This document shows, piece by piece, positions 1 to 23,500 of a stretch of 64,000 bases of DNA (within the stretch, counting starts at the first letter, position 1; each line of letters begins with the position of its first letter). The notes beneath the pieces were generated by a model that saw nothing but the letters and a program-made list of their open reading frames with translations, did no database searches and was not told the DNA's origin. Source of the DNA: Natator depressus (lineage: Eukaryota); NCBI RefSeq assembly GCF_965152275.1, contig NC_134246.1:34468151-34532150 (forward strand). The letters run 5' to 3'. The translations under genes were made by a program, and so were the position numbers.

Positions 1-253
1 TCGGTTAGCATGGGCTGCAGGTCAGGACTCAGGCACTGGTAGAGCTGTGGGGGGGCAGGGCTGGGGGGGCAGGGCCTGTGGGTCAGGAGTGAGGGGCACC
101 GGCAGAGCTGGGGGCGTACAGGGCTGGGGTAGCAAGAGACTGCAGGTCGGGAGTGAGGGGCACCGGCAGGGCAGGAGTGAGGAGCACTGGCATGGCTGGT
201 GCGGGGGATGGGTGTCAATTGACGGGGTGTCAGGTGTTGTGTAAATAACAATA

Positions 254-259
254 TTTAAT
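254..259 (-). promoter_or_regulatory. SLC12A3: Putative polyadenylation signal (ATTAAA on minus strand) for SLC12A3, ~300 nt 3' of the stop
   Basis: Plus-strand tttaat at 254-259 within gtaaataacaatatttaatatttacag. It is the only polyA-like hexamer shortly downstream of the stop codon. Confidence 0.4.
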
Positions 260-557
260 ATTTACAGTGCGGCGCAGTGGGGGTCGCCCCCGGGCGGGGA
301 CAGAGCACAGCAGGCTCCACCCCAGGTTGTGCATGGGACCCAGGCGTCTGAGTCCCTGTGGCAATGTCGGAGGGGACAGTTGAGCATGCAGAGATGGCAG
401 CACCAGGCCCCCGCCTGGCCCGGAGCAGGGCCACACTCCCAGCTGGCACCGCGGGGCATGGTCCGTCTAGCAGGGCCGGGCCGGGGCTGCTGCTCCACTG
501 CTGGGGAGAGAACCCAGGTTTCCCAGCTACTCCCTTGAGCTCAGCCCGCAACGCCCC

Positions 558-12206
<11,649 letters not shown>

Positions 12207-14309
12207 GGGGGTGCCGGGTCCACCTGGGGGTAAAGGGGGAATCCAGTACTCTGGGCAGGAAAGGGTCAAACTCACCCCACCCCACCCACTGAGTAGGCCC
12301 CGTCCCCACCAGCAGGGGGCAGCAGGGTCACACGCGCACGCACACACACACTCTCTCTCTCTGAGTTGTTCTTTCCATTTTAAAGATTGTGAAACTGGGG
12401 ACAGAACACAGGAGTCCTGGCTCTCAGCTCCCCCCCCCCCCCCACACTCTAACCACTAGACCCCACTCCCCTACCAGATCTAGGAGAGAACCCAGGAGTC
12501 CTGGCTCCCAATCCCCCACCACCACCTCGCTCTAACCACTAGACCCCACTTCCTTCCCAGGGCTGGGGGGCTGAGAGCCAGGACTCCTGGGTTCCCTTTC
12601 CTCAGAGTGGTGGAAGACGCAGACAGACAGACAAACCACCCCCCACCCCGCTGTCCCCCAGTACCTGCTGCCTGTCCGCTGGCCCTGAGTTCAATCCTGT
12701 GCCCCTCTCCCTGGCCCCTCCTTGCCTTATAAAGGGCCCAGGCTGAGAGGCTGGGCCAGGCCTTCCAGAACCGGCCCAGGCAGCCCCCGGCCGGCCCCAC
12801 CGCCCTGCCCCTAACCAACCCCCCCCCCCGCCCCCTTCTCCAAACACGGAGACTTTCCATCAGCCCTGGCCACCCTGTTTGCTCTGCTTATCAGCCCCAC
12901 GTTCTTTCCACTGGGGCCCACTCTGCCCGGCGTGGGGCAGGGGCACGGCAGAGGGGCCAGGGGACAACACCCCCCCCCGCGCGCATGGTGGGGGGCAGCG
13001 AGGGCTGGTCTGGAGGCCCAGGGGAATTGCCACCAGGAGGGAGCTGTGTGGGGGACAGGAGCCATGAGGGAATGGGCAGGGGGTGGTGTGGGGGTCAGCA
13101 CAAATACACCCGCCGAGCAGGGCTTGTGTGTGCATGCATCCCCTGATGGAGGGGATGGGCCCTGCTTGGGGTGTGTGTTTGTCCCTGCCTCATACTGCCG
13201 AGGGGGATTCTCCTCGGTACATGCTACTCTGAGGGCAGGCCGAGCAGTGGAGTGCCAGGCCTTCATAGCCTCCACAGGGACCCTTGACAATGAGGAAGGT
13301 TTGTGTCCCCCCGCAAATATCCTTACCCCCTCCCCAAAATGGCTCTAGGTGCTCGGCTGGACACTAGCCCCAGGGGATCGCACGAGGGTGGGGAACCCCC
13401 ACAGAGACAGCAGGTGGGGCAGAAAATTAGGAGCACCCCACCCACAAATCCCATCCCCACATCTCCCCACCCAGCCAGCTCATCTCCTCATCCCCCAGCC
13501 ATCCTGTACCCCCCACCCTATATACCCCATCCCCCACCCATCCTGTACCCACATCCCCCACCCAGCCATCCCATCCCCCACCCATCCTGTACCCCCTACC
13601 CCATACTCCACCCAGCCCTCTAGTCTCCCGATCCTCAGCCATCACGTCTCCCCATCCCGCCATCCCCCCACCCATCCTGTACCCCCTTACCCACTCCATT
13701 TCACCTTACACACACCCCCACAACTGTCCTTCCACATCCACCCCCCCCATCCACTTCCACCTGTCTGTCATTCTGAACTCCCCCTCCCCACCCCCTTTTG
13801 TTCTATTCCGGCTCTTTACACTCCGATGGAAAAACTAATTTGAACAAACTTTTCTGACCCCAGCTGGGAAAAGTGCCTTTAATCCCCTGGCAGGGGTGGG
13901 GTGGGGTCAGACTCTCTAATGAGGGTCTAACCACTAGGCCCCACTCCCCTCCCAGAGCCGAGGATAGAACCCAGGAGTCCTGGTGCCCAGCCCCCCTCTC
14001 TAACCACTAGACCCCACTCCCCATCTACCCCCTGAAGTCCCCTGTGCTTTGGACTCCTAGACACCAGCTCCTGGGAACTTCTATCCTTCCCCACTGTTGA
14101 ATCCCCTCAGGGGGGTGGGGGCAGTAGAGGGGCTAGGACATCTCTCCCTGCCCCCAGGAATCCCACCCACACCCCACAGCCAGGGGCCTCCAGGCTTAGG
14201 GCTCCTGGCCAGAAGCTCCCAGGCCACAGGGCCGCAGGCCAAGGGGAGGGCAGTACGGGGCCAGGACACGCAGGGGGCTGGCGGGGAGCCCGGCCTGCCC
14301 AGACCCGGC

Positions 14310-14316
14310 TATAATT
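14310..14316 (+). promoter_or_regulatory. TATA-like element (TATAATT), candidate promoter of a non-coding KLHL33 5' exon
   Basis: cccggctataattaacccc. A candidate donor gcag|gtaggg lies ~100 bp downstream at ~14414. It would pair with the acceptor just 5' of the ATG-containing exon at ~15636. Confidence 0.3.
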
Positions 14317-14519
14317 AACCCCTGGGATTGGGGCCAAAGCTCCCCCGCAGCTGCCCCATCTCCAGGCCTCGGGAAGGGTCATCCCACAGCCCACCCCACA
14401 GCAGGCCCCAGCAGGTAGGGGGCAGGGCTGGGCTGGGGTGGGGGGTGCTGGAGGCTATCGGACAGGAACTCTGGGCCTGGATGGGGGAGAAGGATGGGGG
14501 CAAGGGTCTGTGTCAAGCC

Positions 14520-15374
14520 TATACACCCCACAGCAAATGCAGACACACAGATACAGTAACTACACACACACAATAAGTACACACACACTGCAACCCCCCC
14601 ACAGCAACCACACACACGCACACGCACACTACAGACAGGAACTACATACACACCGCAACCCCTGCAGCAACTACACAAACACACTCGACACAGACAGGAA
14701 CTACACACATACACCACAACCCCCAACAGTAACCACACACAAGCATACACACACACACACACACAACACAGATAACAACCATACACCCACCACAAACACC
14801 CCCTACAGCAACTACATACACACACACCACAACCCCCACACAGCAACTACACAAACAACACAGGCAGCAACTACACACACACTGCAACCCCCCCACAGCA
14901 ACTACACACACACCCTGCAACTCCCCCACAGCAACTACACACACACACACAGCCTGCAAGACACACACACCCCGGCAACTACACACACAGACAGGAACTT
15001 CACACACACACCACAACCACCCCTCTCACTCCCCACAGCAACTACTCACAGCAAACACACACCCACAAAATGAACACAGGCACATGCAAATACCATACCC
15101 ACACACACCAACACACACTGCACACACCAGAAAGTTAATGACACCACACAGCCATACATCAGACACCCCCACACTTCACAACTACACACAGAGACACCAC
15201 AGATACTCCCACCCAGCACACAGGAGCACAGAGACGCCCCCAACATAGTGCACAAGACACACGTCATAAAATCCCTCAAATATACACCTCAACACCCACA
15301 GCTCACAACTCCCCAACCCTGTTACACAAACACCACATTGCAATTATGCACACATGCCACAAACACCCCCCCAG

Positions 15375-15412
<38 letters not shown>

Positions 15413-15415
15413 ACT
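14520..15415. repeat. CA-rich low-complexity region ending in an (AC)~22 microsatellite at ~15365-15412, in the intergenic region or 5' intron of KLHL33
   Basis: …caactacacacacac… imperfect repeats, then acacacacacacacacacacacacacacacacac. Confidence 0.8.
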
Positions 15416-15650
15416 TGAGTAGCTGTTGAATGGCATAAAGAGAATGGGGCATGGGGCTTGTCCCCTCTAAGGGCCACCAACTCCCATCTGGCCCCAGGGT
15501 GGGGACTGGCTGGCTCAGGGGGGTGGAAAATGGTGCACAGGACCTGCCCCTCTAAGGGGTGCTGGCTCTCATTTGGCCCCAGGGCGGGGGACTGACTGGC
15601 TCAGGGGCCAGGGCCTTTCACATCCTTTCCCGGCAGGCACCCCCAGGGCG

Positions 15651-16191
15651 ATGTGGCCAGGCGAGGGGTCGGAGCCGGCTGAGGAGCCAGGCGAGGAGGG
15701 CGACGTGCCTGAGCCGCGCTGGGAGCTGCGGAGCGAGTGCCACGCCCGGCAGTTCTTCGAGGCAGCGTTGGAGCTGCGCGGGCAGGGCCAGCTGACGGAC
15801 ATGACAGTGACAGCTAGCGCCCGGAGGTACCAGGCCCATGGCGTGGTGCTGGCTGCCATCAGCTCCTTCTTCTGCCAGCGGCTGGCATGCAGGGCCACCG
15901 GGGAAGTGGACGTGAGCCCACTGGCCACACCGTGCGGCTGGGAGGCCGTGCTGGATTTCGCCTATACCGGGGCCTTCGCGGCCATGCCGGGCACAGCCGG
16001 GGAGGTGGTGGCTGCAGCTCAGGCCCTGGGTGTGCCTCGGGTGGTGGAGATCTGCCAGAGGATGGGGGGCGGGCTGGAGGGCAGGAGCCTAGACGAGGAG
16101 CAGTGGGAGACGCTGCGGAGCATGGAGGAGCTGTACCGAGCCGGGGTGGGCTGCGACCTGGTGCTGACCACTGAAGGAGAGACCTTCCGAG
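15651..16191 (+). CDS. KLHL33: KLHL33-like exon 1 (BTB domain)
   Basis: ATG at 15651 is preceded by the acceptor tttcccggcag at ~15636. The donor is cgag|gtgaatgg. Confidence 0.7.
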
Positions 16192-19173
16192 GTGAATGGG
16201 GGCTGCAGGTCAGGAGTGAGGAGCACCGGCAGAGCTGGGGAGGGGGCAGGGCTGGGCTATCAGGGGGATGCAGGTTGGTAGTGAGGGGCACTGGCAGAGC
16301 TGGGGGAGCCCAGGGTTGGGATGGCCAGCACTGGGGGCAGGGCTTGGGTGCAGGGGGCTGTGGGTCGGGAGTGAGGGGCACTGCCAGTGATGCACGGGAG
16401 CCCAGGGCTGGGTAAGCAGGGGGCTGCAGGTCGGGAGTGAGGGGCACCGGCAGCCCTGGGCAAGGAGGAGCCCAGGGCTCGGGTGGCCGGCACTGGGGGC
16501 AGGGCTGGACAGCTTGGGGCTGTCTTTGGGATCTCCGTGCCTGACCTCCCCCTCTCCCCACAGCTCACCAGGCCGCCCTGAGCTGCGGCTGCGAGTACTT
16601 CCGGGCCATGTTCTGCAGCGGGATGCGGGAGGCGCACCAGGGGGCCGACCCCCTGCCCACGCTCATGGCCCCGGCCGACCTGCGCCTGCTGCTGCCCTTC
16701 GCCTACTCAGGGACAGTGGTGGGCAGCTGGGCCGAGCTGCTGGGCGCAGCTGAGACCGCCCTACAGTACCAGGCCTCGGGGCTGCTGGCACTGTGCCTGG
16801 AGGCCCTACAACAGACGCTGAGCCCAGCCCGCAGCCTGGATCTGCTGGCTTTCGCCCGCGCCTACGACCTGCGCCCGCTGGGCACTGCCACCCAGGCCTA
16901 CGCCCTGGCCAACTTTGATGGGGTGGCGCGGTGCCCTGGCTTCCCGGCTCTGCCGCTGGCCGAGCTGCTGGCCCTGCTGGGCTCGGACGAGCTCTACGTG
17001 GCCAGCGAGGTGGACACCTTTGAAGCTGCCCTGCGCTGGCTGGACGCCGACCGCACCCGCCGCCTGCCCCACGCCGAGGCTGTCCTGGCACGAGTCCGCT
17101 TCTACCTGATGGGCACGCGGGAGCTGCGCCGGGTGCGGGCCGCGGACCTGCTGGCACCGCCGGGCCGGCTCTACCAGCTGCTGGTGGCAGCAGTGGCAGA
17201 CGAGGGGCCCTGCCGTGTGCGCACCCCGGCCGGGGCCCTGGTGATCTGCGGGGGTGACGGGCTGGCGCCCAGCCTAGCCACCCGCCGCCCCGTCCGGGAG
17301 CTGTTCTTTGCCCACCAGTTCCACAGTGGTGTGGGGCTGGTCAAGCAGGTGGAGTGGAGGCGGCTAGGCCAGTTCCCGGACGGGCCACGGTTCCGCCACG
17401 CTGCCGCTGTGCTGGACAACGCGCTCTACGTGCTGGGCGGGAAGCACTACTACGGGGTGCGGGACACACTGGCCACGGCCTTCCGGTGAGTGGGGCAGGT
17501 GCTGGCCTCTAGGGGGTGCCAGCTCCCATCCCGCCCTGACGGGGGAGGCTGGCCAAGGGGGGTGGGGAATGGGGCACATGGCCTTTTCTGTCCAGGGGGT
17601 GCTGGCTCCCTCCAGCCCCAGGGTGGGGGTCTGACTGGCTAGAGTCAGGGGAAGGGATCTGTGGTGGGCGGTGAGATGGCCAGCCCAAGGGGGCAGGGAA
17701 TGGGACCTGAGGTGGGGGGGCTGGCTGGCTGGCTGGGGTGGGGGGAATGGGACCTGGGGATGGCTGGGGTGGGGGTGGGGCAGGGAATGTGATTTGGGGT
17801 GTGTGGGGCTGGCCGGCCCAGGAGGGCACGGAATGGGACCTGGAACAGGCGGGGTGCTGGCTGGTGGGGTGGGGGGAAGGGATCTGGGGTTGGTGGGGGG
17901 CTGGCCAGCCCAGGGGGCAGGGAATGGGACCTGGAACAGGCGGGGGGCTGGCTGGTGGGGTGGGGGGAAGGGATCCGGAGTGGGGGGGGGGCTGGCTGGC
18001 CCAGGGGGGCAGGGAATGGGACCGGGGGCAGGGAATGGGGTCCATATGGGGAGTGCCCACCCCCATCCCATTGCAGGTACGATCCCGCGCAGGACTCCTG
18101 GCAGCGCCTGGCTGACATGCCCAGCGCCCGTAGCTCCTTCCCAGCCGTGGGAGTGGCCGGGCGGATTTACGCCCTGGGGGGCAGCTCTGAGGACACCTAC
18201 TGCACGGATGGGGTGCAGTGCTACGACCCCCCTGCCGACACCTGGAGGTGAGAGGAGGTAGTGCCTGCTCCTGCTCTGGGAGCCCTGGGTCCCCTTTTCC
18301 CTCCAGGACCCCCACCCCCGCACGGCTGAGCCAAAGTACCCATTGGCACCAGGGTGGTAGGGGCCAGGAGGGTGCTATGGAGGGGCTGTGGGGCTGCCAC
18401 TGGGGGCTGCCATGGGCAGTGGTAGGGGCCATGAGGGGCTGTTTGTTTCTGCTTTTTCCTCTATTTCATTGGCTGATTTTTCTCTTTTCCTTTCTTTTCT
18501 GTGCCCCCTCCCCGGCTTCCCCCCCAGGCCGTGCTCCCCCCTGCCCGCCCCGCTTTGCGGCCACGCCGCCTGCACCTTGGACGGCGCCATCTACGTCTCG
18601 GGAGGCTGTGACGACTCCAATGAGGGCCGGGCCTGGCTGCTGCGGCTGGGCCCGGGGGGCCCCCCAGCCCAGCTGGCCCCCATGCTGGAGGAACGGGCGG
18701 GCCACATCATGGAGGCGCTGGGGGGGCGACTCTACGTGGCTGGGGGCTTGCGCTGGCACGATGGGGGCTACACCGACCAGCTGGCCTGCGAGGTCTACAG
18801 CCCCAGTACGGACGCCTGGGTCCGGCTGAGCCCGCTGCCCCAGGCCCACGTGGGGGGCGCCTCGGCCGTCCTGCAGGGGGAGCTGTATGTGCTGGGGGGC
18901 TACAGCCAGGAGACCTACCGGGACAACCACCTGGTGCACGCCTACCAGCCGGGACGGGGGCGCTGGGTTACGCTGGGCACCCTGCCCCAGGCCTGCGCTG
19001 ACCTGCGGGCCTGCGTCCTGCTGCTGCCGCCTGCCCTGCGGGGGGACCTGGCCTGCCTGGTGCCCCGCCACGGGACCGGGCAGCCCCTGGCACCTCCGCA
19101 CGGGGTGGGGACCCTGCCCCCCACCGAACAGGGGACCCCTCTGAGTCCCCCATGGGACAGGGTCCCCCTCTAA
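15651..19173 (+). CDS. KLHL33: BTB/POZ-BACK-Kelch repeat protein, KLHL33-like by synteny: coding region of 4 exons, ~760 aa
   Basis: Exon 1 15651-16191: MWPGEGSEP…HARQFFEAALELRGQGQLTDMTVTASARRYQAHGVVLAAISSFFCQRLA…GCDLVLTTEGETFR (BTB). Exon 2 16564-17485: AHQAALSCGCEYFRAMFCSGMRE…TALQYQASGLLALCLEAL… (BACK) …LYVLGGKHYYGVRDTLATAFR (kelch). Exon 3 18077-18247: YDPAQDSWQRLADMPSARSSFPAVGVAGRIYALGG…CYDPPADTWR. Exon 4 18528-19173: PCSPLPAPLCGHAACTLDGAIYVSGG…ELYVLGGYSQE…*. Splice phases are consistent (1, 2, 2) with gt/ag at every junction. The gene is adjacent to TEP1, as KLHL33 is in mammals. Confidence 0.75.
16190..16515. repeat. Dispersed minisatellite family (~65-bp unit …GGCACCGGCAGAGCTGGGG(A)GCCCAGGGCTGGGCTAGCAGGGGGCTGCAGGTCGGGAGTGAGG…), five units in KLHL33 intron 1
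   Basis: The same family is found at 1-240, 25250-25330, 26620-26770, 36505-36720, 36960-37145 and 42470-42625. Confidence 0.7.
16564..17485 (+). CDS. KLHL33: KLHL33-like exon 2 (BTB C-terminal part, BACK domain, first kelch blade)
   Basis: Acceptor ccccacag|ct and donor ttccg|gtgagtgg. The open frame is continuous for 307 codons. Confidence 0.7.
17680..18060. repeat. Tandem repeat (~60-bp G-rich unit) in KLHL33 intron 2. Related units (gggactggctggctcaggggg…ggtgctggctc…) occur at 15430-15610, 17500-17640, 29880-30110 and 49220-49400
   Basis: Direct reading. Confidence 0.6.
18077..18247 (+). CDS. KLHL33: KLHL33-like exon 3 (kelch repeat)
   Basis: Acceptor ttgcag|gtacgat and donor ctggag|gtgaga. 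Confidence 0.65.
18528..19173 (+). CDS. KLHL33: KLHL33-like exon 4 (kelch repeats, C-terminal tail, stop TAA 19171-19173)
   Basis: The acceptor follows a long pyrimidine tract (…ttcccccccag|g). It carries the kelch motifs GGxDD, LYVAGG and LYVLGG. Confidence 0.7.
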
Positions 19174-19437
19174 CCTCCCCCGATATCCCCATGGGACGGG
19201 GCCCCCTCTGACCCCCCACAGAACAGGGGACCCCTCTGACCCCCCTATGCAACAGGTCAGCCCCCAACACCCCTCAGCGGTATAGGGGAGCCCGATTTCG
19301 CCACATGGGGTGGGGGAGCCTCTCTGACAAGGACCCGACACCTCTCCCTGGGACCCTCCCTCGGACACCCCCCGGGGCCCCCTGAGGAGGGAGGGGGCCA
19401 GGCGGTGGGCGCTGGCTCCTGGGGCGCGAGTCGGGTC

Positions 19438-19443
19438 AATAAA
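19438..19443 (+). promoter_or_regulatory. KLHL33: AATAAA polyadenylation signal of the KLHL33-like gene
   Basis: tcaataaagagggttcgg lies ~265 nt downstream of the stop codon. Confidence 0.55.
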
Positions 19444-19954
19444 GAGGGTTCGGCTCAGCCCCCGTCTGGTCATTCCCCACTCGCGGGGCCGCCACGGACC
19501 CCACGCAGCGCTCTGGGGGGCCGGGAGCAGGACACCCGCCGCGCGCGCAGACAGAACCACGGGGGGTTGGGAACTCGGACTCCTGGGTCCTCCCAGGGGC
19601 GGGCTGAAATCTGAGCCCGGCTCTGGGGGCGGGTCAGGCAGGCACCTCCCACCAGTGATCCGGGCACCGGCCGGGCTGGGTGCGGTCACTGCGGTGCTTC
19701 CTGGTGCGTGGCCGGGGGGCCTGTGGGGCGGGGGCGAATGCAGGGGGAAGGCGCAGTGCAGAAAGGGGGTTGCTCTGGGGGGCTCCATGGGAGAAGGGCT
19801 TGGGAGTCTCCCAGGGCCAGGCAGCCCTGCTCTGTGACACACACACACCCATCCACTTGCGAAGCCCCCTCCCTATTCCTGACCCTGTGTTGGGGGAGCC
19901 GGGGCAGGTCTGGGGCCAGGGGGACAATGTTCTCCTCCACTCAGAGTGCGTTGG

Positions 19955-20160
19955 AGGCTGAGAGGCCGGACTCCTGGGTTCTCTCCCGGCTCTGGGAGAG
20001 GAGTGGGGTCTGGTGATCAGAGCAGGGGGGTTGGGAGCCAGGACTCCTGGTTTCTCTCCCGGCTCTGGGAGGGGAGTGGGGTCTGGTGATCAGAGCAGGG
20101 GGGTTGGGAGCCAGGACTCCTGGGTTCTTTCCCAGCTCTGAGCAGGGAGCGGCACTTGCT
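19955..20160 (+). mobile_element. tRNA-Glu-derived SINE family, three adjacent units; representative of more than 20 copies in the window
   Basis: Unit ≈ …ggctctgggaggggagtggggtctagtggttagagcaggggggttgggagccaggactcctgggttctctcc…, with A-box and B-box-like GGTCTAGTGGTTAGAGC and CCTGGGTTC. Other copies, in either orientation, at ~1480-1615, 8290-8400, 11330-11465, 12395-12570, 13915-14025, 20965-21065, 21985-22110, 30455-30525, 31195-31400, 31930-32070, 33195-33445, 36255-36310, 38480-38650, 40915-41050, 42060-42345, 45185-45265, 50830-50910, 59380-59500 and 61985-62225. Confidence 0.7.
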
Positions 20161-20232
20161 GTCTTCAAGCAGGAGTGTGGCCTCACTGGGCTCTTGAACT
20201 CCTGGGTTCTCATCTCACTCTTCTCTCTCCAG

Positions 20233-20507
20233 CTGTTGCAGCCATGAAAACTCCAGGTCCCGCCCCCCGTCCAAGCCCTGCCTCCTGCTGGCTGGAGAAC
20301 CCTTTCCTGGGGGGCCAGAGCCCCCTCCTCCCAGCATGGGTAGAGGAGATCAGGGCCCGGCTTCTCCGCCCTCTCCCGCCCCCTGCCCCGTGGCTGAGCT
20401 CCCTGACCCCCACAACCTGGCTGGCGCCTGCACCCAGCCGGGCGCCCCTTGCCCCTGGAGGTGAGGATGGGACCCCGGCCCGCAGCGAGGAGCTGGAGCC
20501 GCCCTGG
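20233..20507 (+). CDS. TEP1: TEP1 first coding exon, ATG 20244-20246
   Basis: The acceptor ctctctccag|ct lies before the ATG, which implies an upstream non-coding exon. The exon encodes [24 protein letters not shown]…SEELEPPW, with donor tgg|gtaaga. Confidence 0.6.
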
Positions 20508-23500
20508 GTAAGATGGGCTGAGACTGGAAGCCAACTCGTGGTAGCTGCGACGCACAGCGGCCTGCAATTCCCAACCTGCGATGCCATGCCGGGGGAGGGA
20601 CGCTGGGAGCACTCAGAGGGAGGGGGCGAAGTGGTGGGGGCGAGTGAGACAGGGGAGATGCCGAGGAGGGGCTGTGGGGTGGGGGGGCTGTAGGGGGTGG
20701 CAGTCGAGGCAGGGGGTCCCTGAGAGGGGACAGTTGGGGTGGGGGGCACTGTGTGTGGTCCCCATCCCTGTGGGTCACCCCCTGCTCTCCCTGCAGTGGG
20801 CCGACGCTGCCCCCGACCCCTCCAGCTCGCTGCCCCAGTACACCCTGACGGAGCTGCCGTCTGAGCCGAGCCTGGAGCCCCCAGGGCAGAGGGACCCTTG
20901 CCCCCAGCAGCCCCCTGGGAAGGGTCCCCAGCAACGCCTGAGAGAGCACAAGGTAAGAGATGGGGGTGGGGGGTCTGGACTCCTGGGTTCTCTCCCAACT
21001 CTGGGAGGGGAGTGGGGTCTAGTGGATGGGTGGGGAGGTGGCTGGGAGCTGGGACTCCTGGGTTCATCCCTGCTCCCTGTTCCCCCCAGCTGGCCCTGGT
21101 GAACCTGGCGTGCTGCTCCCTTGTGGAGGGGCCTGATTTGGGAGCCCCCAGTGACCCGATGCGTAGGTGCCTGGTGGAGCTGTGTGAGGAGCTGGCCCAG
21201 CTGGAGCCTGAGTTCATCCTTAAGGTACTGGGGGGTGGGGCTGCTGGCCAGGACGCCTGGGTTCAATCCTCCTACCTAGGGGGTAAGGGACAAGCAGTCC
21301 GAGTAGGTGGGGGGTGGTCTCAAGTGCCCTATGCCAGGGCTTGGGGAGGGGGAGTGAGCTTTAGTGAGTTAGAGCCGGGGTGCTTGGACGCCTGGGTTCT
21401 CTCCGGGCCTCAGTTTCTCCTCTCTCCCCACAGGTCGCCCTGTATACACGCCAGGAGCTGAACATCCGGGGAACGGCCAACTTCCTGCTGGCACTGGCGG
21501 CCCGGCTGCCACCCTGCCGGCCCCACCTGCGCCGCTACGTGTGCGCCACCCTGCAGCTGCCCTCCGACTGGACCCAGGTGGTCACGCTCTTCCAGGTACC
21601 CAGCTTACCCCAGTGGCGTGTCGTTCCGCCGGCCAGTGCCACCCCCTGCTGGCCAGCACTGACCCGTCTCCCTCTCCCTCGCAGAGCCTGGTGGGCGCAG
21701 GGCGCCCCCTAGCCCCGCTGCCCCGCTGCCTCCGCACCGGCCTGGCGGACAAATTCCAGCAATTCGATGCCTACCAGCTGGCCAAGTACAACTCGCGCAA
21801 GAGCCGTGGCAAAGCCAGGGGACGCCCAAGGCCCCGCCAGCTAGGGAGGGAACCCAGGAGTCCTGCTCTCAGGCCCCAGCCCTGCCAGCCTATTCTTCCT
21901 CCCGGAGTCCCCCCACAGAAACCTCTGCCCTGGACGAGGAGATTCCGGCTGTGCAAGGCGTTCAGCAAGCTTCAGACAAAGGTGAGAGGACTGGGGTCTA
22001 GTGGTTAGAGTGGGGGGCTGGAAGCCAGGACTCCTGAGTTCTGTCCCCTGCTCTTTGAGCAGTGAGTTACAGCAGAGGGGCTGGAAACTAGGACTCCTGG
22101 GTTCTCTGCTGATGTCTCCTGCAGTTTGAAAGTGGTCAGCCACTCCAGGAACCGCGCGAGACGAAGCCCTTCTCCCTGAAGGCACTGATCCGATGGCTGC
22201 ATATCTCCAAGCCAGCCCAGCATGTCATGAGTCTGCTGGGCTGCAGGTGAGAGCCCTGGGGAGGGACCCAGGTGTCATGGGTCCCAGCCCCTCCCCCACT
22301 CTATCCTCTAGACCTGAGAGCTGGCACAGAACCCCTTGTAGGCCCTGCTGGGACCCACCCTGTCTCTGCTGCCCCCCCCTCAGGTATCCCTCGGACCTGA
22401 GCTCCTTCTCCCGGAGCCACCTGCCAGGGCCCTGGGACCCCGCCCGTGCTGGGACCCGAATGAAACTTCCGCAGCCCCAGACCTGGGACCGGCAGCTCAG
22501 CCAGCGCGGGAACAAGGCTGTGGTCTGGGAGGAGCTGATCGGTAAGGAGGGGCTTCATGGGGGGTTGCGCTTGCCCCCAGTGGTGCCCTGAGTGTGTCTA
22601 GGTGTCACCAGGGGGCACTGTTAGTTCTTTTCCCAGAGTGTGCAAGCTAGTGTTGAGTGCAAGGAGACAGGGCATGTGTGGGACCGGGTGGGCTGTCCGT
22701 GGGGCAGGTGTCTGGCCTAGCTGGAGCAGGGTTTGCTCGGTGCTCTAACACCCCCAAGGAGAGTCTAGCCTCGGGGCAGAGTGGGAGGCATGGCACCGGC
22801 TCTGATTGGCCCATGGGCTGGCTGGGCACAGCTGTGGCACAAAGTTCCATGAGGAGTTGGCCTCTGCCCCGCTCGGCAATGAGGGGCTGACTTGGGGATA
22901 AGGGCCCCCCTGAATGCACCCTTTGGTAGCCACAGGTCTCCCAGCGCCCCCTGTGGGCTGCAACCGGCCCAGCACTCATATGAATGTGGCTGGTGGGGCC
23001 CAGCGCCCCCTGGGAGCAGCAGCGAGCACTGCACCCTTGTGGACACAGCGCCCCCTGCCTGTGGGTGGGGCTGTCTCCTAACCCTGCGTTGGGCTCTGCC
23101 TCACAGATTCGGGGAAGCTGCCATTCATGGCCATGCTCAGGAACCTGCAGAACATCATCCGGGCTGGGGTGAGCGAGCGGCACCACCAGCGAGTGCTCAG
23201 CCGGTTGCAGAACAAGGTATGGCCCTGGGACCCTGATTCCCCCCTCCCGACTCCCCAGAGCGAGATACAGCCCCGGGGACCCCGAATTCCCCCCTCACAG
23301 GTCACCAAAGTGAGGTATGGCCCCGAATTCCCCCCCCCCTCGGATCTCCAGAGTGAGATACAGCCCCAAAATCCCATCCCCCCAAGATGGGATGGCTGGA
23401 GTGGTGTGAAGGGTTGCTGGGATCCTCGCCCTGACACCCCCCCCCCCCCCCCCCCCCAATTTCCAGGCGTCGGTCATCCACAGCCGGCAGTTCCCCTTCC

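Noticed and set aside
12729-12735. TATAAAG taken as the SLC12A3 TATA box
   Set aside because: It is about 520 bp upstream of the ATG on the correct side, but the strand and spacing cannot be validated without transcript data. It is mentioned only as context.
14379-15073. Cys/His/Thr-rich ORFs on both strands
   Set aside because: They are translations of the CA/TG-rich microsatellite region.
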